Position numbers and translations under genes: made by a program. Shown piece by piece: positions 51,021 to 62,595 of a stretch of 64,000 nt of DNA (the first letter of the stretch is position 1; every line of letters begins with the position of its first letter). The stretch comes from Octopus vulgaris (Eukaryota), in the NCBI GenBank assembly GCA_951406725.2, contig OX597828.1, forward strand, positions 66,526,001 to 66,590,000, in the 5' to 3' direction. The notes under the pieces were generated by a model that was not told the origin of the DNA, did not search any database, and saw nothing but the letters and a program-made list of their open reading frames with translations.

Positions 51021-51952
51021 CTGATCTTACTAGCTATACTGCATAATTATAGCTGTCTTTAGACAGTGCGCAGTACAGTGTGAAAAGCTATTAAAGGCCA
51101 GTACTCGACTAAGAAACAATCGTATATGTAAAAGTCTCCCCACTCCGCCCAGGCTAGTTGAAGATCGGTAATGAATGTTGATTTGACAATAACATTATTA
51201 GGACATACGACCTGTATGTATGTTAAGTAGGTAGTATTAGAAGGTGGTGCTCAACATGGCCACAGTCGCATGATTGAAACAAGTAAAAGAGTTATGAGGG
51301 GTTTTATGTTGTGCGTAATTCATTTGTTTACGATTTCATATAAAACACAAGTGCTATTTTCAGGATGTTGACAAAACGTGAAGTCACGTACAAAATGACA
51401 GCTTCCAAATCCTGTTTCCTGGCTGGGTGAAAATGATTAAACTTTAAACCTTTATAACATTTTAACTCCAGCAATTCAGCATGGAAAACTCCATAATTCT
51501 ACCAAATTTTAAAATTCCCGATAAACTTTTGATTTTGATCTTGGCAGCCAAATAGAAAAGTCTTGACGCAATATAATGAAAAGGCATTTAATGACGAGTA
51601 ACTGTAAATAGTTAGGATGTCATCCACTTAATTAAAGAGGGTGACTTTAATGGTTGGAGATACGAAAACAACTTACTTTAGGTTAAGTCACTTTTATAAT
51701 CTAGAAGGAGAGGTCCAAAAGCAAACTCATTATGTAGACAAGAGTTATGTTTGAGTAAACGGTTTTCCATCATTAAATGACCTTTTCTTTTTGCATCAAG
51801 ATTTTGTCAGACGTTTTCTGTATGATCACGCATTATACTTTTCAAATTGAAACTAATTGTACAGTAAACTGGATTTAGACTGAATAGAATTTATACAGTT
51901 TTTAATGCCAAAAATATATATCCATTCATAGAAGTTTTTTTAAAGTAGTTTT

Positions 51953-54900
51953 TCAACACGTTTTCTCTTTCATTAGTTGCAAAGTTTTTGGTTGCTTAAT
52001 CCAGTGGATAAGTTCTGCAATACTGACAATATAAACATCAGACATGTTAACCAATTTAGAGATAAAGTTTTTCAAACCTTCCAAGTTGTGCCTCTGTGAG
52101 GGATTGAACCAGTCGTGTCTCAGATGGATTCCAAAGGGAATTTTCTTTTGGTAATGAACTGCTAAATTTTTCAGAAGAAATTCCAGAGTATCTTTTGCAG
52201 TACTTGGATTAAATAAACAGCCGTCAGCAAAGACGCAAGTGTAATTATATTTGTCTAATAATGGTATTACTGGAACTTCCCAAAATCCGTAAAAATTGCC
52301 AGTTGGACATTTCCCAATGAGACATTCTCTTCCCCAGCCAAAATCAAGAGTGAAAGGCCACCTATAATAACCTTGTTTGTAAATCAACGTCGAATCATAA
52401 ATAAAATGCTCTTTTTGCAAAATCTTCATTTGATCATTGCCCAAAGGAAACATACTTGGAGAACGCCAACCAGTTATATTCATAGCTGGGATACCAGCAC
52501 CACGGGTCATTTTAAACTTTTGACTTTGAATATCTAAAGCTAACATACTTTTGTTTGAGTAGAACGAAGTACTATTTCCCTGAAGACCAATATCCATATC
52601 AGCTTCGTATAATCTTCTGACGAGGTCATAACGAGTGCCTGCATCCGAAACAAAGTAAGTAGCTTTTATGGGACATCTGAGGTTTAGATGCGATAGATTA
52701 AACAAAGAGATCATACTGTAAAAGAATTGATTAGTAATGGGCCCGTTGAAAGTGAAATACACAAACTGAGGAATATCGTCCATCTTAGCTATACCTACAT
52801 TAGTATTCATGCAACGACAATAAGGCAATAAGCAATTATTTCCCTGCTGACAAGTCTTGTTATTCATATTTTTGCTTTTAATGGATATTCTCTTTGAATA
52901 TCTAGAGCTAAATTCCTGATTTCCAACACCAGCTCTAGCCTGGAAGTTACTTTTAAATGGTTGACCAGTTTCGTTAGCAATAACTGATGTTTTCCATACA
53001 TCATCAGCTTGCTCAGATGCTTTTAGTACCTTCTTGTCTAAAGCAAAGCTTGTATTCCTTCTTATATATGGTGAGTTGATATCGATGTTGTTGTTTCCAC
53101 TGCTGTTGTTATTAATACTTCTACTAGTCATTAAAGAACCCAAGTTGGATGATTGGTTAACTGTTAAGATGTTTAAACGGTTTCTTTTTGCGTTATTATA
53201 TCTCATTAGGTTGTTCTGAGACGTTCGTCCTTGCAAATGTTTTGTTAGCGTATTATTTTGGGGAATCTTAAAGAAAATTTCTGATTTATCCGTTGATACG
53301 GCTGTTCCGTTCTTGTACATACCTAATTTTTCTTGGAAATCTTTTGGTTGGTTGGTGTGATATCTTGGGAAATAACTTCCAGAATATATTCTAGAATGGT
53401 CAACATTTTTTGTTTGTTGTTTCTGATTATATATTTTCTTTTTCTTGTTTTCTTTGCCATTTTGCAGGGAGGCCTCGGTATTCATCTGTTTTAAGTGTTC
53501 TTTGTGTACTGATTCTTTGATGTAGCTAGAAAATTGAGATTGGTCATTCTGATTCCAGCCATTAGTTAAGTTAAAATTTCTAGCAACCCACTCACGGTTC
53601 TTCGTTGTAACATGTTCAGTTACTGGCATTGGTTTCTTTCTTGATTCTGCCCCGGTGTTAAGAGACTTTATTTCTTCTTTTGCTCTTCTTTCTTTATAAT
53701 CTATTAGCTTGTTTCGAGACATCCATAAGTTGTCGGAAATTGAATCACTTGCGATATTATATGAGAACTTATCACTGTCTTCTAATACTGATATATTATA
53801 TAATCGATTTTCCTTCGCAATATATCTCTCCTCCAAATATGGCTTGAATTGCTTTTGTAATAGCCTCTCCTTTTTGTGAATATCATTATATTTGTACTGC
53901 GGCAAGAAATTTTTGATAAAGTCATTTGAAGAATCGCATTGCCAAGATTTCAATGAATTAATCTCAGAGTTTTTAACAGGATTTTTAACCCATTCCAGCA
54001 TTTGCTTGATCGTGATGATGTGAACATCTGGTTTTTTCAAAAGTTCTCGAATAAATCGATCCATTGCTTTCAAACGGTATGGATCATCGGGGTAATTATA
54101 GAAAAACCAAGCTGCATGCATATGTACACCCATTGGAGCCCTATTACCATTGTAATAGTCCAAAAAATTGTTCCATAAATATCTATAAGCTTCTTCGTAG
54201 GTCGTCGGTGGAAAAGTACAACCATCGGTGTATACACAGTCATAGAGTGTGTTTTTATCTGTCACAGACACAACGGGTACCTCCCAAAAGCCAGGATGTT
54301 GCATCTGAGGACAGTTTGGGATTTGACAACGAAATGGCCAGCCATAATCCAGTGTGAACGGATATATTGCTTTTCTCTGTCTTTTAGAGTAAGTTAGAGT
54401 TGCATCATAAACATACCCACCTTCTTTGAGGATTTCAACCTGTTTGTCTCCGAAAGGTTTAAGGAAAGGACTTCTCCACCCGATAATCTCGTCTTTAGGA
54501 ACATTTCCGAAACGCACCAAGTTGTCTTTTTGTCCAAGTATTTCCTTTCTAACTTGAACAAGATTTATATCACTTCTGTGGTTTACACTGTGAGAAGCTA
54601 TTTCCATTCCTTGTTTATAAAATTCATTCACGAGGCGATAGTCCGTGTAATTGTGAGAAACAAATAGAGTGAACTTGATTCGACATCCATTCGGATTCTT
54701 CCTCTCGGCCGAAAACAATTTCCTGTACATTTTCGTTGTTTGAAGGGTTACGGCGTCGTCGAATGTGAAGTAAACAATTTGGGGAAAATCTGTTATATTT
54801 GCTCCATTCGTGGGTAGAGAATCTTTACAACAGACGCATTTTGGTGGGTAACAAGTGGAGTTCTGTTGACATACCTGACATACTCTCAGCGTACTGCTTT

Positions 54901-54958
54901 TAATCATTATGATATACACGAGGAAAATATGAAGACTAATTCGCAAATATATGTACAT
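51953..54958 (-). CDS. Secreted tandem chitin deacetylase-like protein (two CE4/NodB polysaccharide deacetylase domains)
   Basis: 1001-aa uninterrupted ORF with a hydrophobic N-terminus. Domain 1: TFDD, HSVNH, GWRSPF, YPFTLD, WEVPV, GVHMH. Domain 2: TFNG, GWRSP, WPFTLD, WEVPV. Each domain is preceded by a C-x5-C-x4-C-x-C motif. Confidence 0.95.
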   Translation of the reverse strand: MYIYLRISLHIFLVYIIMIKSSTLRVCQVCQQNSTCYPPKCVCCKDSLPTNGANITDFPQIVYFTFDDAVTLQTTKMYRKLFSAERKNPNGCRIKFTLFVSHNYTDYRLVNEFYKQGMEIASHSVNHRSDINLVQVRKEILGQKDNLVRFGNVPKDEIIGWRSPFLKPFGDKQVEILKEGGYVYDATLTYSKRQRKAIYPFTLDYGWPFRCQIPNCPQMQHPGFWEVPVVSVTDKNTLYDCVYTDGCTFPPTTYEEAYRYLWNNFLDYYNGNRAPMGVHMHAAWFFYNYPDDPYRLKAMDRFIRELLKKPDVHIITIKQMLEWVKNPVKNSEINSLKSWQCDSSNDFIKNFLPQYKYNDIHKKERLLQKQFKPYLEERYIAKENRLYNISVLEDSDKFSYNIASDSISDNLWMSRNKLIDYKERRAKEEIKSLNTGAESRKKPMPVTEHVTTKNREWVARNFNLTNGWNQNDQSQFSSYIKESVHKEHLKQMNTEASLQNGKENKKKKIYNQKQQTKNVDHSRIYSGSYFPRYHTNQPKDFQEKLGMYKNGTAVSTDKSEIFFKIPQNNTLTKHLQGRTSQNNLMRYNNAKRNRLNILTVNQSSNLGSLMTSRSINNNSSGNNNIDINSPYIRRNTSFALDKKVLKASEQADDVWKTSVIANETGQPFKSNFQARAGVGNQEFSSRYSKRISIKSKNMNNKTCQQGNNCLLPYCRCMNTNVGIAKMDDIPQFVYFTFNGPITNQFFYSMISLFNLSHLNLRCPIKATYFVSDAGTRYDLVRRLYEADMDIGLQGNSTSFYSNKSMLALDIQSQKFKMTRGAGIPAMNITGWRSPSMFPLGNDQMKILQKEHFIYDSTLIYKQGYYRWPFTLDFGWGRECLIGKCPTGNFYGFWEVPVIPLLDKYNYTCVFADGCLFNPSTAKDTLEFLLKNLAVHYQKKIPFGIHLRHDWFNPSQRHNLEGLKNFISKLVNMSDVYIVSIAELIHWIKQPKTLQLMKEKTC

Positions 54959-55118
54959 GGTTTATCTTCTTGTAAAGCACCTTCCTTCGAAACGTTCGTG
55001 TTAAAGTGTGGTGGAAATAACTGCTTATATTTAATTCCTCTGAATTAAATATAAGCTGGGCGAAATTTCTGGACTGGACTGAATTCCACAACAGATTTGT
55101 TATAACCTTATCTCTCTC

Positions 55119-55150
55119 CTGTAAATCTATAGATATAAAATAAAAGACGG
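55119..55150 (-). other. Probable 3' splice site of a 5'UTR intron of the deacetylase gene
   Basis: Minus strand GTCTTTTATTTTATATCTATAGATTTACAG|, about 160 nt upstream of the ATG. Confidence 0.45.
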
Positions 55151-55759
55151 GGAAATCGTAAAAATGACCCGCCCAGACAATTTGTTAGCTTAAATGACAA
55201 TTAAAACTTTGATGTGAATTAACTGACACAACGATGACGTTAACTTCAAACACCCCAGCTATAATTCATTTTATTTGGTGACTTTTTTACTCTTCTTATA
55301 GATAAAAATAATAGAAGCAGTGAAATTCTTAGCATAATAAATTGTTACCTCGCGGCAGTTGCAGACCAACTACAAAAATGTACAAAATGAATTAATCATT
55401 ATTTTTTAATTGCTGTAGTTTTGTTATGTGTGTTTTTCTCTTTTGTTCTGATTTTTCTTTAGGTAGGTGCTTACGATGTCGTTTAATGTAAGCTGAAGAT
55501 TGCTTAGTTGATAAGAACTTGATCTGCTAGTTTTGTGGCGTATTTCTAGCAAATATTCCCAACGGGGGAAGTCTCTAAGTATTAAATAGATATCGTAGGG
55601 AGCTACGAAACATTGCTGTTAATAACTCAGTCTATACACAATTAACGAGAACTTCAAGTCTTGCTTTGTCATACGAAATGCTATAAAATACAGTTGTTTT
55701 TACTCAGCACACCTTCTTATCCACGAGTCTAATTGGGGATCTCTGCGTCTTTCTCTCCA

Positions 55760-56150
55760 CAAACACAAACCATCTTACAAACAATAACTCTGAGCACCTT
55801 TTCAAGCTCCACCTGTCTAACACCCGTGGACATGTTTACAAAGTCAGAAAACAGCATAGCTCCCATGACTTTTGGAAACATTTTTTCACGCTGAGAGTTG
55901 CTGAAGCATGGAACAAACTGCCGGCATCAGTTGTTAGTTGTCGGAGCACTGCATCCTTTAAAACTTCCATGCTTCCTGAGATTTGCCAACACTACACCTG
56001 ATTTTCTCCCCTCCATACACACGCAAGCATGTATCTGACTCATACATTGTTCGCTTTCCAGATATTTGTACATTACTGCATATACTCTATATGCACTTTT
56101 GACAAGTTGTGGTGCACCTGAGCACTGTATACAATCATTTCATTATTATA
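55760..56150 (+). mobile_element. CR1-like LINE 3' end
   Basis: TRGHVYKV.K......KHFFTLRVAEAWNKLPASVV...S..SFK is the typical CR1 ORF2 C-terminus; short ATT-rich tail. Confidence 0.88.
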
Positions 56151-57474
56151 TATATGATTAAAATATGCGTGTGTGTGTTTGTGTGCGTGCATGCGTGTGT
56201 GTGTATGTGTATACATACATACATACATACATACATGTACAATGGGAGAGATGACGCTAATAAAGGCATAGAATAGATAATCACCAGATTAGTGCTCAAA
56301 CTAGATCGAATTCTTAAAATCCAGCGTGGGAGAAATAGAGCAGCAGAACAAGAGTTGACAAGAAGAAATGCATGGGTCGAGCGAATAATAGTAAGATAAA
56401 AGAATGGCAAACAGTAATATACGGCATCAAATCATTTACAAAGATGTTACATAAACATAAATATAATAAAGAAGAAAAAAAGTCCTTTACAGCTGTTTCA
56501 AAAATTCGGTGACGAGTTGATGCAATAATGTATATTATGCAAAGAGGTGTACACAATGATGCATCAAAACATAGTGAAAAGGCAAAAATTAATATTAACA
56601 CATAAGAATGAAACGTTAATCAATTCAAGCTGCAAGCGATACTCAATGTACCTTTTCATCAGATGGAAGGTATGCAAAGAAAAATCAAGCAGTCATACAA
56701 TATACAAGAAGGCACTACAGTAATAAAAGACGGCGGAAGAGGGGAATAGAGAAGTAATACAGCGCTGAGGTGAAGGCTCAGAAGTAAGAGGCAAAATCAG
56801 AGAAGAAAGGAAGAAAAATCAAAGTGAATAAAAGACCGTTCAGCTGAAAATGTGGAGACAAAATCAGATAGATGGAGTAGAGACGAGAGATAAAAGAAGA
56901 TCTATTGAAGGAGAAAGGATTAGGGAAGAAGCTAACTAGAGATCCCTTGCTATGCAAATGTCAGCCCTAGCTTCTCATGGCTTATATACTTTATAAACAT
57001 CCGAGTGTGCAGAACATACGAGAATCGGAAGAGAAATTTTAAAATAAAGTAGAAAGTTAGTAAAGAGACAAAAAGTATGGACAAAATGGAGAGAAGATAA
57101 CGTTGGAAAATATAAGGAGGGGCAGTAAATATATCTTTATGTAACTATAAACATACGGTTAAGAACCTTGAAGTTCCATTAGAGTAAAAGCTATGCTAAG
57201 ATCGAACTACGCTCGGATGATTTCATTTATATTGGAAGAGAAAAAGATAAAAGGCAAGGAGGGGGTGGTTATACTAAAGTGCGGGTAAATAGTTATCTAA
57301 GATGATTGGAGTATGTACACAGATAGTACAAAAGTAAATAATCTAAAGAAATGGCGGCAAGAATCGTATTATGCCGTCTGTTAAGTAGAAGGTCACTTCT
57401 CTTGTAATATTTAAATTGCATGGGGAGCAAACCCCTTGGTACAGTCATACAACTTTAATGATAGGCCGAGTAAT

Positions 57475-57638
57475 CACTAGCGTAGCTAGGTTAGGGAGGG
57501 CGATGAAGGCAGTCTACCACGGGCGGCACTTTTAAAGGGGTACCACTTTTGGGTCTACTGTAGGCAATATGCGTTTTTTGTGGGGACCGGGTGCGACAAA
57601 CAGAAGGGTGACCCCGGGTGGCGCACACTCTAGCTACA
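57475..57638. mobile_element. Decayed MITE-like GC-rich element
   Basis: Ends GTAGCTAG / CTAGCTAC form an inverted pair; GC-rich interior in an AT-rich context. Confidence 0.45.
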
Positions 57639-58089
57639 ATTTGAAATTAGTATTCATATTAATTAACGATATAAATGCAGCTCAACATTTTATGATTATT
57701 GATAGTCCCATTATTATTAACGAAAATACTTCTGTCATTATAATTAAAATTGTTCGGAATATTATCACCATTTATTTTCTGTAACAATTACTGCTGCTAC
57801 TGCCGTTGCTGTCTTCTTCTTCTTCTTCCAATCAGGACTCACGCCATTAGCCTCAAAGAATAATCCCTGATTCGAGCCTACTCTAAGCTACTAAGAATGT
57901 GTGTGGAAACTTTAAGATCCAGCCACCACACGCGATGGACTGGCGGTTGCACGGGTGCGAAAGCTACGTTGTTATCTTCATTCCGTAACGGTGGTTTTTA
58001 ACGGGTGGAGAGCTGAACCATCCTGGGGTTCAGAGGATTCGCAACCTAGACTAGGGTCTGAAAGCTTTACCACACCATAGTGGGTTACA

Positions 58090-58305
58090 CCATGGTTCCT
58101 CTGCTTTGTGGCAGAAGTAGGAAGAAAGAGTGAGAGAAAGTTGTGGTGAGAGAGTACAGCGGGGTTCATCCCAGCCCCGCCAGAGCCTCGTGGAGCTTAG
58201 ATGTTTTTGCTCAATAGACATTCACAATGCCCGGTCTGGGAATCGAAACCGCGTTCTTATGACCGCGAGTCCGCTGCCCTAACCACTGGGCCATTGCACC
58301 TCCAC
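58090..58305 (-). mobile_element. tRNA-derived SINE
   Basis: Minus strand TGGCCCAGTGGTTAGGGCAGCGGACTCGCGGTC...GGTTTCGATTCCC A/B boxes followed by non-tRNA body. Confidence 0.8.
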
Positions 58306-58489
58306 TTGTTGTTGCTACTACTACTACTACTACTACTACTACTAGTTGTAGTAGTAGTGTATTGGGTGCTGGATTTTCAAACTCCTCGTCAAGAAGTCCA
58401 TCGAAGTTCTCTTTCTCCAGAATGTTTCTAACCGTGTTGGAGTTCTGAGAGCAACTGATTTTCAAAGAGAGCATAATTTATTTATTTAT

Positions 58490-58975
58490 TTGCTTGCTTC
58501 ATTCTCTTGCTTGGTGAGGGTCATCCCAGGTTAGTGGTCCCAGAGACGTCATCATGTGTAGAGCCAACTGGGTCCACCAGTGCTCTCCATCGCTGTCGGT
58601 GGCCGTGCCAGCTCTTCCGCCTCATCATGACATTAAACCTCTGGAGATTTTCCCCAATCACGTCCAACCATTTGGTGCTTGGCTTGCTATGAAGCCTCTT
58701 ACAGCTCGTAGCTGCTACGTCGAATGTGAGTAATGCCCTGGTAGGATGATCTAGCAAGAGACGGAGGACATGTCCGTACCAATGCATGAAACGGGTAGCT
58801 ATGAGGTGGGAGGCTACGGGCTGATGCGCACGTACACACATTTCTTTGTTGGAAACGTGATGGCACCATCTGATGTTTTCGATGGTTCTCAAGGTTCTGC
58901 TATCCAAACCGTCAATCCTCTTTGCCAGGGTCTTCGAGAAGGGCCACATTTCTGCTCCATATAGGAGAATGGAGA
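58490..58975 (-). mobile_element. RTE-like LINE 3' fragment
   Basis: YGAEMWP..KTLAKRIDG.D...LR.I..IRW...VSN.E...WYGHVLR...KWLD..WRALV. Confidence 0.82.
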
Positions 58976-60384
58976 GGGCCGATGCGTAGTAGATGCGGTG
59001 CTTCGTCTTCCGGGAGATAGAGCAGTGACGCCAACCATATTTTTGCCCTTCGTCTCATCATTGAAAGATCTCGGGAGTTTCGCAAACATCGCCGCTTTTG
59101 ACATGGTCTTGTGCTCTCACACAACACCTTTATCTGACTGGTTAGGTTTTAATTACATGACTGTTGTAATTTTAAAGCTCTACCAATATTCTTTCGACCC
59201 TTCGGCTTCAATAGAGTCGAGTTTGTCTGTTGGTGTTTTTCTTTTTTTTTCTCTTTTCTTATCCAGACTGTTCCAGACTATTCTGGCACTGCGGAAGACA
59301 TTCTCACACAGTTGGCAATAATGTGGTTGATGCCTTCAGTTTTGGTTTTGTACAGCCTACATTTGTTTTCTGCTTTTTACATTGCAAATATTTGGTTGGG
59401 GTCTTTTGTTCTTGAATTACATGGAAGTAGCAGTGAAAGTGGGATGTCATCAACTTATCGGTCCTCCATGCCAGGTTTTTGATATTATCTATTCATTCTA
59501 TGGCTTATATCTTGCGTGCCAAGTACCGCCAAATACCGATACACTGTCTTCTCAGCGAAATGGCTCATTTTTTATTATTATTTTCATAAATAGAGTTTAA
59601 CAAGGTTCCTTAGGGAGAGACCTATATCTGCTCTGATCTGATGCCTCTCCTCATGCATGTGTGTGTGTGTGTGTGTATATATATGTTTCGATGGTTCCCA
59701 AGGTTATGCCATCTAAACCGTGTGTGTGTGTATGTATGTATGATGTATGTATGCATGTATGCAGGTAGGTATGTACGTACGTGTGTGTATGTGTGCGTGC
59801 ACGCGTGTGGATGCATGTATACAGTCACACTCAGAGTATGTATACACACACACGCACGCACACATACAGTATCGTATTTTCTCTCTCTCTCTCTCTCTCT
59901 CTCCCGTACACTTTCCCTAGATTACACCATTTTACCGTTATCTGTCCGTAATATTCTATTACATTTACATTACTGATAATGGGTGAAGAAACATTTGTTT
60001 TCTGGCGATATAAAGACTAAAAATCAACTTAGCTTAATCTCATGATTTCGTTCTTCGCCACCGACACCACGTTTCACTGATTATTTCCTCTGCTTTCTTT
60101 TTTTCTTTATCCATTTAGACTGGATTGATAGAAAAACAGCCATTATAACCGAGAGATGTATTATAATATAAGCAAAATATTTCCTTACTTATCTCTTATC
60201 ATCACCGACATTTTTTTCTCTTTTCTTATTTTATCTGTGCATCGCGGATAGAATAACAAAATAGCTGTCTCGAAGACCAGATAGAGATATCCGCTGTCAC
60301 TTCATTTCACAGGATTCCATCAGCTGAATTTGACGGATCAGAACGGCAATTTCGGGCACCATCTAACGCCTGAGATTTATGATG

Positions 60385-60819
60385 GAGAGGCGGCGAGCTG
60401 GCAGAATGGTTTAGTACGCCAGGCAAGAGGCGTACTAACTATTCAAATTCCGCCGAGGTCGACTTTGTCTTTCATCCTTCAGGGTCGATAAAATAAGTAC
60501 CAGTTTATCACTGAGGTCAATATAATTTATTTATCCCTCCCTCAAAATTGCTGGCTATGTGCTAAAAATTGAATCCAATATATATATATTTCTTTACTAC
60601 CCACAAGAGGCTAAACACAGAAGGGACAAACAAGGACAGACATAGGTATTAAGTCGATTACATCGACCCCAGTGCATAACTGGTACTTAATTTATCGACC
60701 CCAAAGGGATGAAAGGCAAAGTCGACCTCGGCGAAATTTGAACCCAGAATGTAACGGCAGACGAAATACGGCTACGCATTTCGCCCGGCGTGCTAACGAT
60801 TCTGCCAGCTCGCCGCCTT
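60385..60819. mobile_element. Tail-to-tail pair of related tRNA-derived SINEs
   Basis: Plus copy 60385-60575 and minus copy about 60589-60819 share GGCGGCGAGCTGGCAGAA heads; the minus copy is flanked by a 13-bp TSD AATCCAATATATA (60572-60584, 60820-60832). Confidence 0.88.
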
Positions 60820-61179
60820 AATCCAATATATAAGGAAGTGCGAAGACTGCATACGACTTTAATAAATCAGAAATATATCAGTACTGAGAAATAAATTTTA
60901 TCAATCGTTACTTAAATCAATGAAAAAGTGTGACAACTTAAAATATAGAGTAAAAAAAAAAAATTCCCCGTAATGGTCTGAAATACTAGCATTGCAGTTT
61001 ATATAATTTTCTTTTAATGAAATTGCTGAGTGGCTAAGAAGCTCACTTTGCAATTGGATTCGATCCTGCTGCACAGCACTTTATGCAAGTTCCTCCTACA
61101 ATCACCCCGGTTCATCCAAGGCCTTGTAAGTGGATTGGATAGATGAAAACTGTGTGGAAGTCTGTTGTTTACATACATA

Positions 61180-61530
61180 CATGATGATGATCGCTGCCCC
61201 CTCGTTATCGAGTATGGCCATTGCACGAAGCTTAACTGTTATCGGTGCTGTGATCGAATGTGACTTTTTAGCCCAGCCAAAGATCCACAATGTCTTGTAC
61301 AGAATTGGCAGCTAAAACCTTTACCGGTAATAGCCGGCTGTAGTTGTAACTGGACTTCATGTACCTTTGCATGTCGTTTAAATCCTCCTGCTGAATTACA
61401 CTCTCTTCCACATGCCCGACAGATATGATTAGTATGGTGTGTTACACCACCACCAGTGGCCAGGTTGTCACTCATCTGTCTCACTTTATGACTACGAAGA
61501 TGACTCTTGAGTCCAGCTTTACATACATAG
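61180..61530 (-). mobile_element. LINE 3' end encoding C2H2 zinc fingers (RTE-type)
   Basis: CRACGRECNSAGGFKRHAKVH and CQFCTRHCGSLAGLKSHIRSQH, then a stop, a short UTR and an (ATC)n tail; 5' truncated. Confidence 0.72.
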
Positions 61531-61886
61531 ATACATACCCACTCATCCTGTTGTTGTTGAAATTCCAATGAAGGGGCCTTGGACCAAAGTTAGAAACCGG
61601 CTCTTTCTCTATTGGCAAGAAATCTTGAAATAAAACTGGATAATGACATATATACACACACACACCCCGTCCGTCCATCTATCTTTGGTGAGTTAACTTG
61701 GGATTACCAAAGGACAATGTAACCTTCATACAATTAAGGTATCTTCAGCCTAATGAGTAGCTAGCTGAGCACCCTTCGTTGAGTCATTATTACAGCAGAG
61801 GATCTGCTAATTAGGAAACATATGAAAGCTGGATTTTACCTGTTCCACTTTCTCAAAATTGAACTGTATGTATATATGTATGTAAG

Positions 61887-62266
61887 GGATCTTTTCGGTT
61901 TGAACGGCAGTTTTTTTCTAGCGGTGTCATATGAAATTGTCACCCATAATTATGACCCTAGTATCGATCTATTGCATTTCAATCTGTTTTAGGGTTAGGG
62001 TTAGGGGTGGGGGGAATCTGTTTCTTAAACGAAGGACATATTCATACGGCAGAGAATGTTTTCACCTCAATAGACGTCATTGATTAGTCGAAATTGCAGA
62101 AATTGAAGAAAAACAACAACAAATATCTTACAAACTATAAAATTTTCTCAATAGAGCCAAGAGAAAAAGATGTTTTATAAACACATTCTACCAGTATACG
62201 AAGTTTAAAAGTGTTTAGTTACGTGGAAATTATTTTAAAAAACTGCCGTTCAAACCGAAAAGATCC
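61887..62266. mobile_element. MITE with 30-bp perfect TIRs and internal (TTAGGG)3
   Basis: GGATCTTTTCGGTTTGAACGGCAGTTTTTT / AAAAAACTGCCGTTCAAACCGAAAAGATCC; flanks TATGTAAG / TATGTACG; TTAGGG x3 at 61989-62006. Confidence 0.9.
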
Positions 62267-62595
62267 TATGTACGTACACGTGCGTGCGTGTCTTTTATGT
62301 CTCTGTTTTCCCTATCCCCACTGCTTGATAACTGGTATTGGTTTGTTTATCACCCCGTAATCTAACAGTTTGGTAAAAGAAACTAACAGAATAAGTATCA
62401 ATCTTTTAAAAAAATAAGTACTGAAGTTGATTTGTTTGACTAAAACTCGTCAAGGCAGTGCCCCAGCATGGCCGCAGTCCAATGACTGAAACGAATAAAT
62501 GATAAAAGATCAATAATAAAGAAGACGTGATATTGTTGTTTTTGACTATGATGGTAATCATCATTGTTGTTGTTGTTGTTACTCTGACATCACTG

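Noticed and set aside
51953-54958. Horizontal transfer or retrocopy origin of the intronless deacetylase
   Set aside because: Motifs and Cys pattern are those of animal CDA-like proteins, base composition matches the host, no poly(A) tail or TSD is visible, and a 5'UTR splice acceptor is plausible.
61560-61640. CCAATGAAGG...GAAACCGGCTC as a possible hammerhead
   Set aside because: Two core mismatches and no convincing stem I in this copy.
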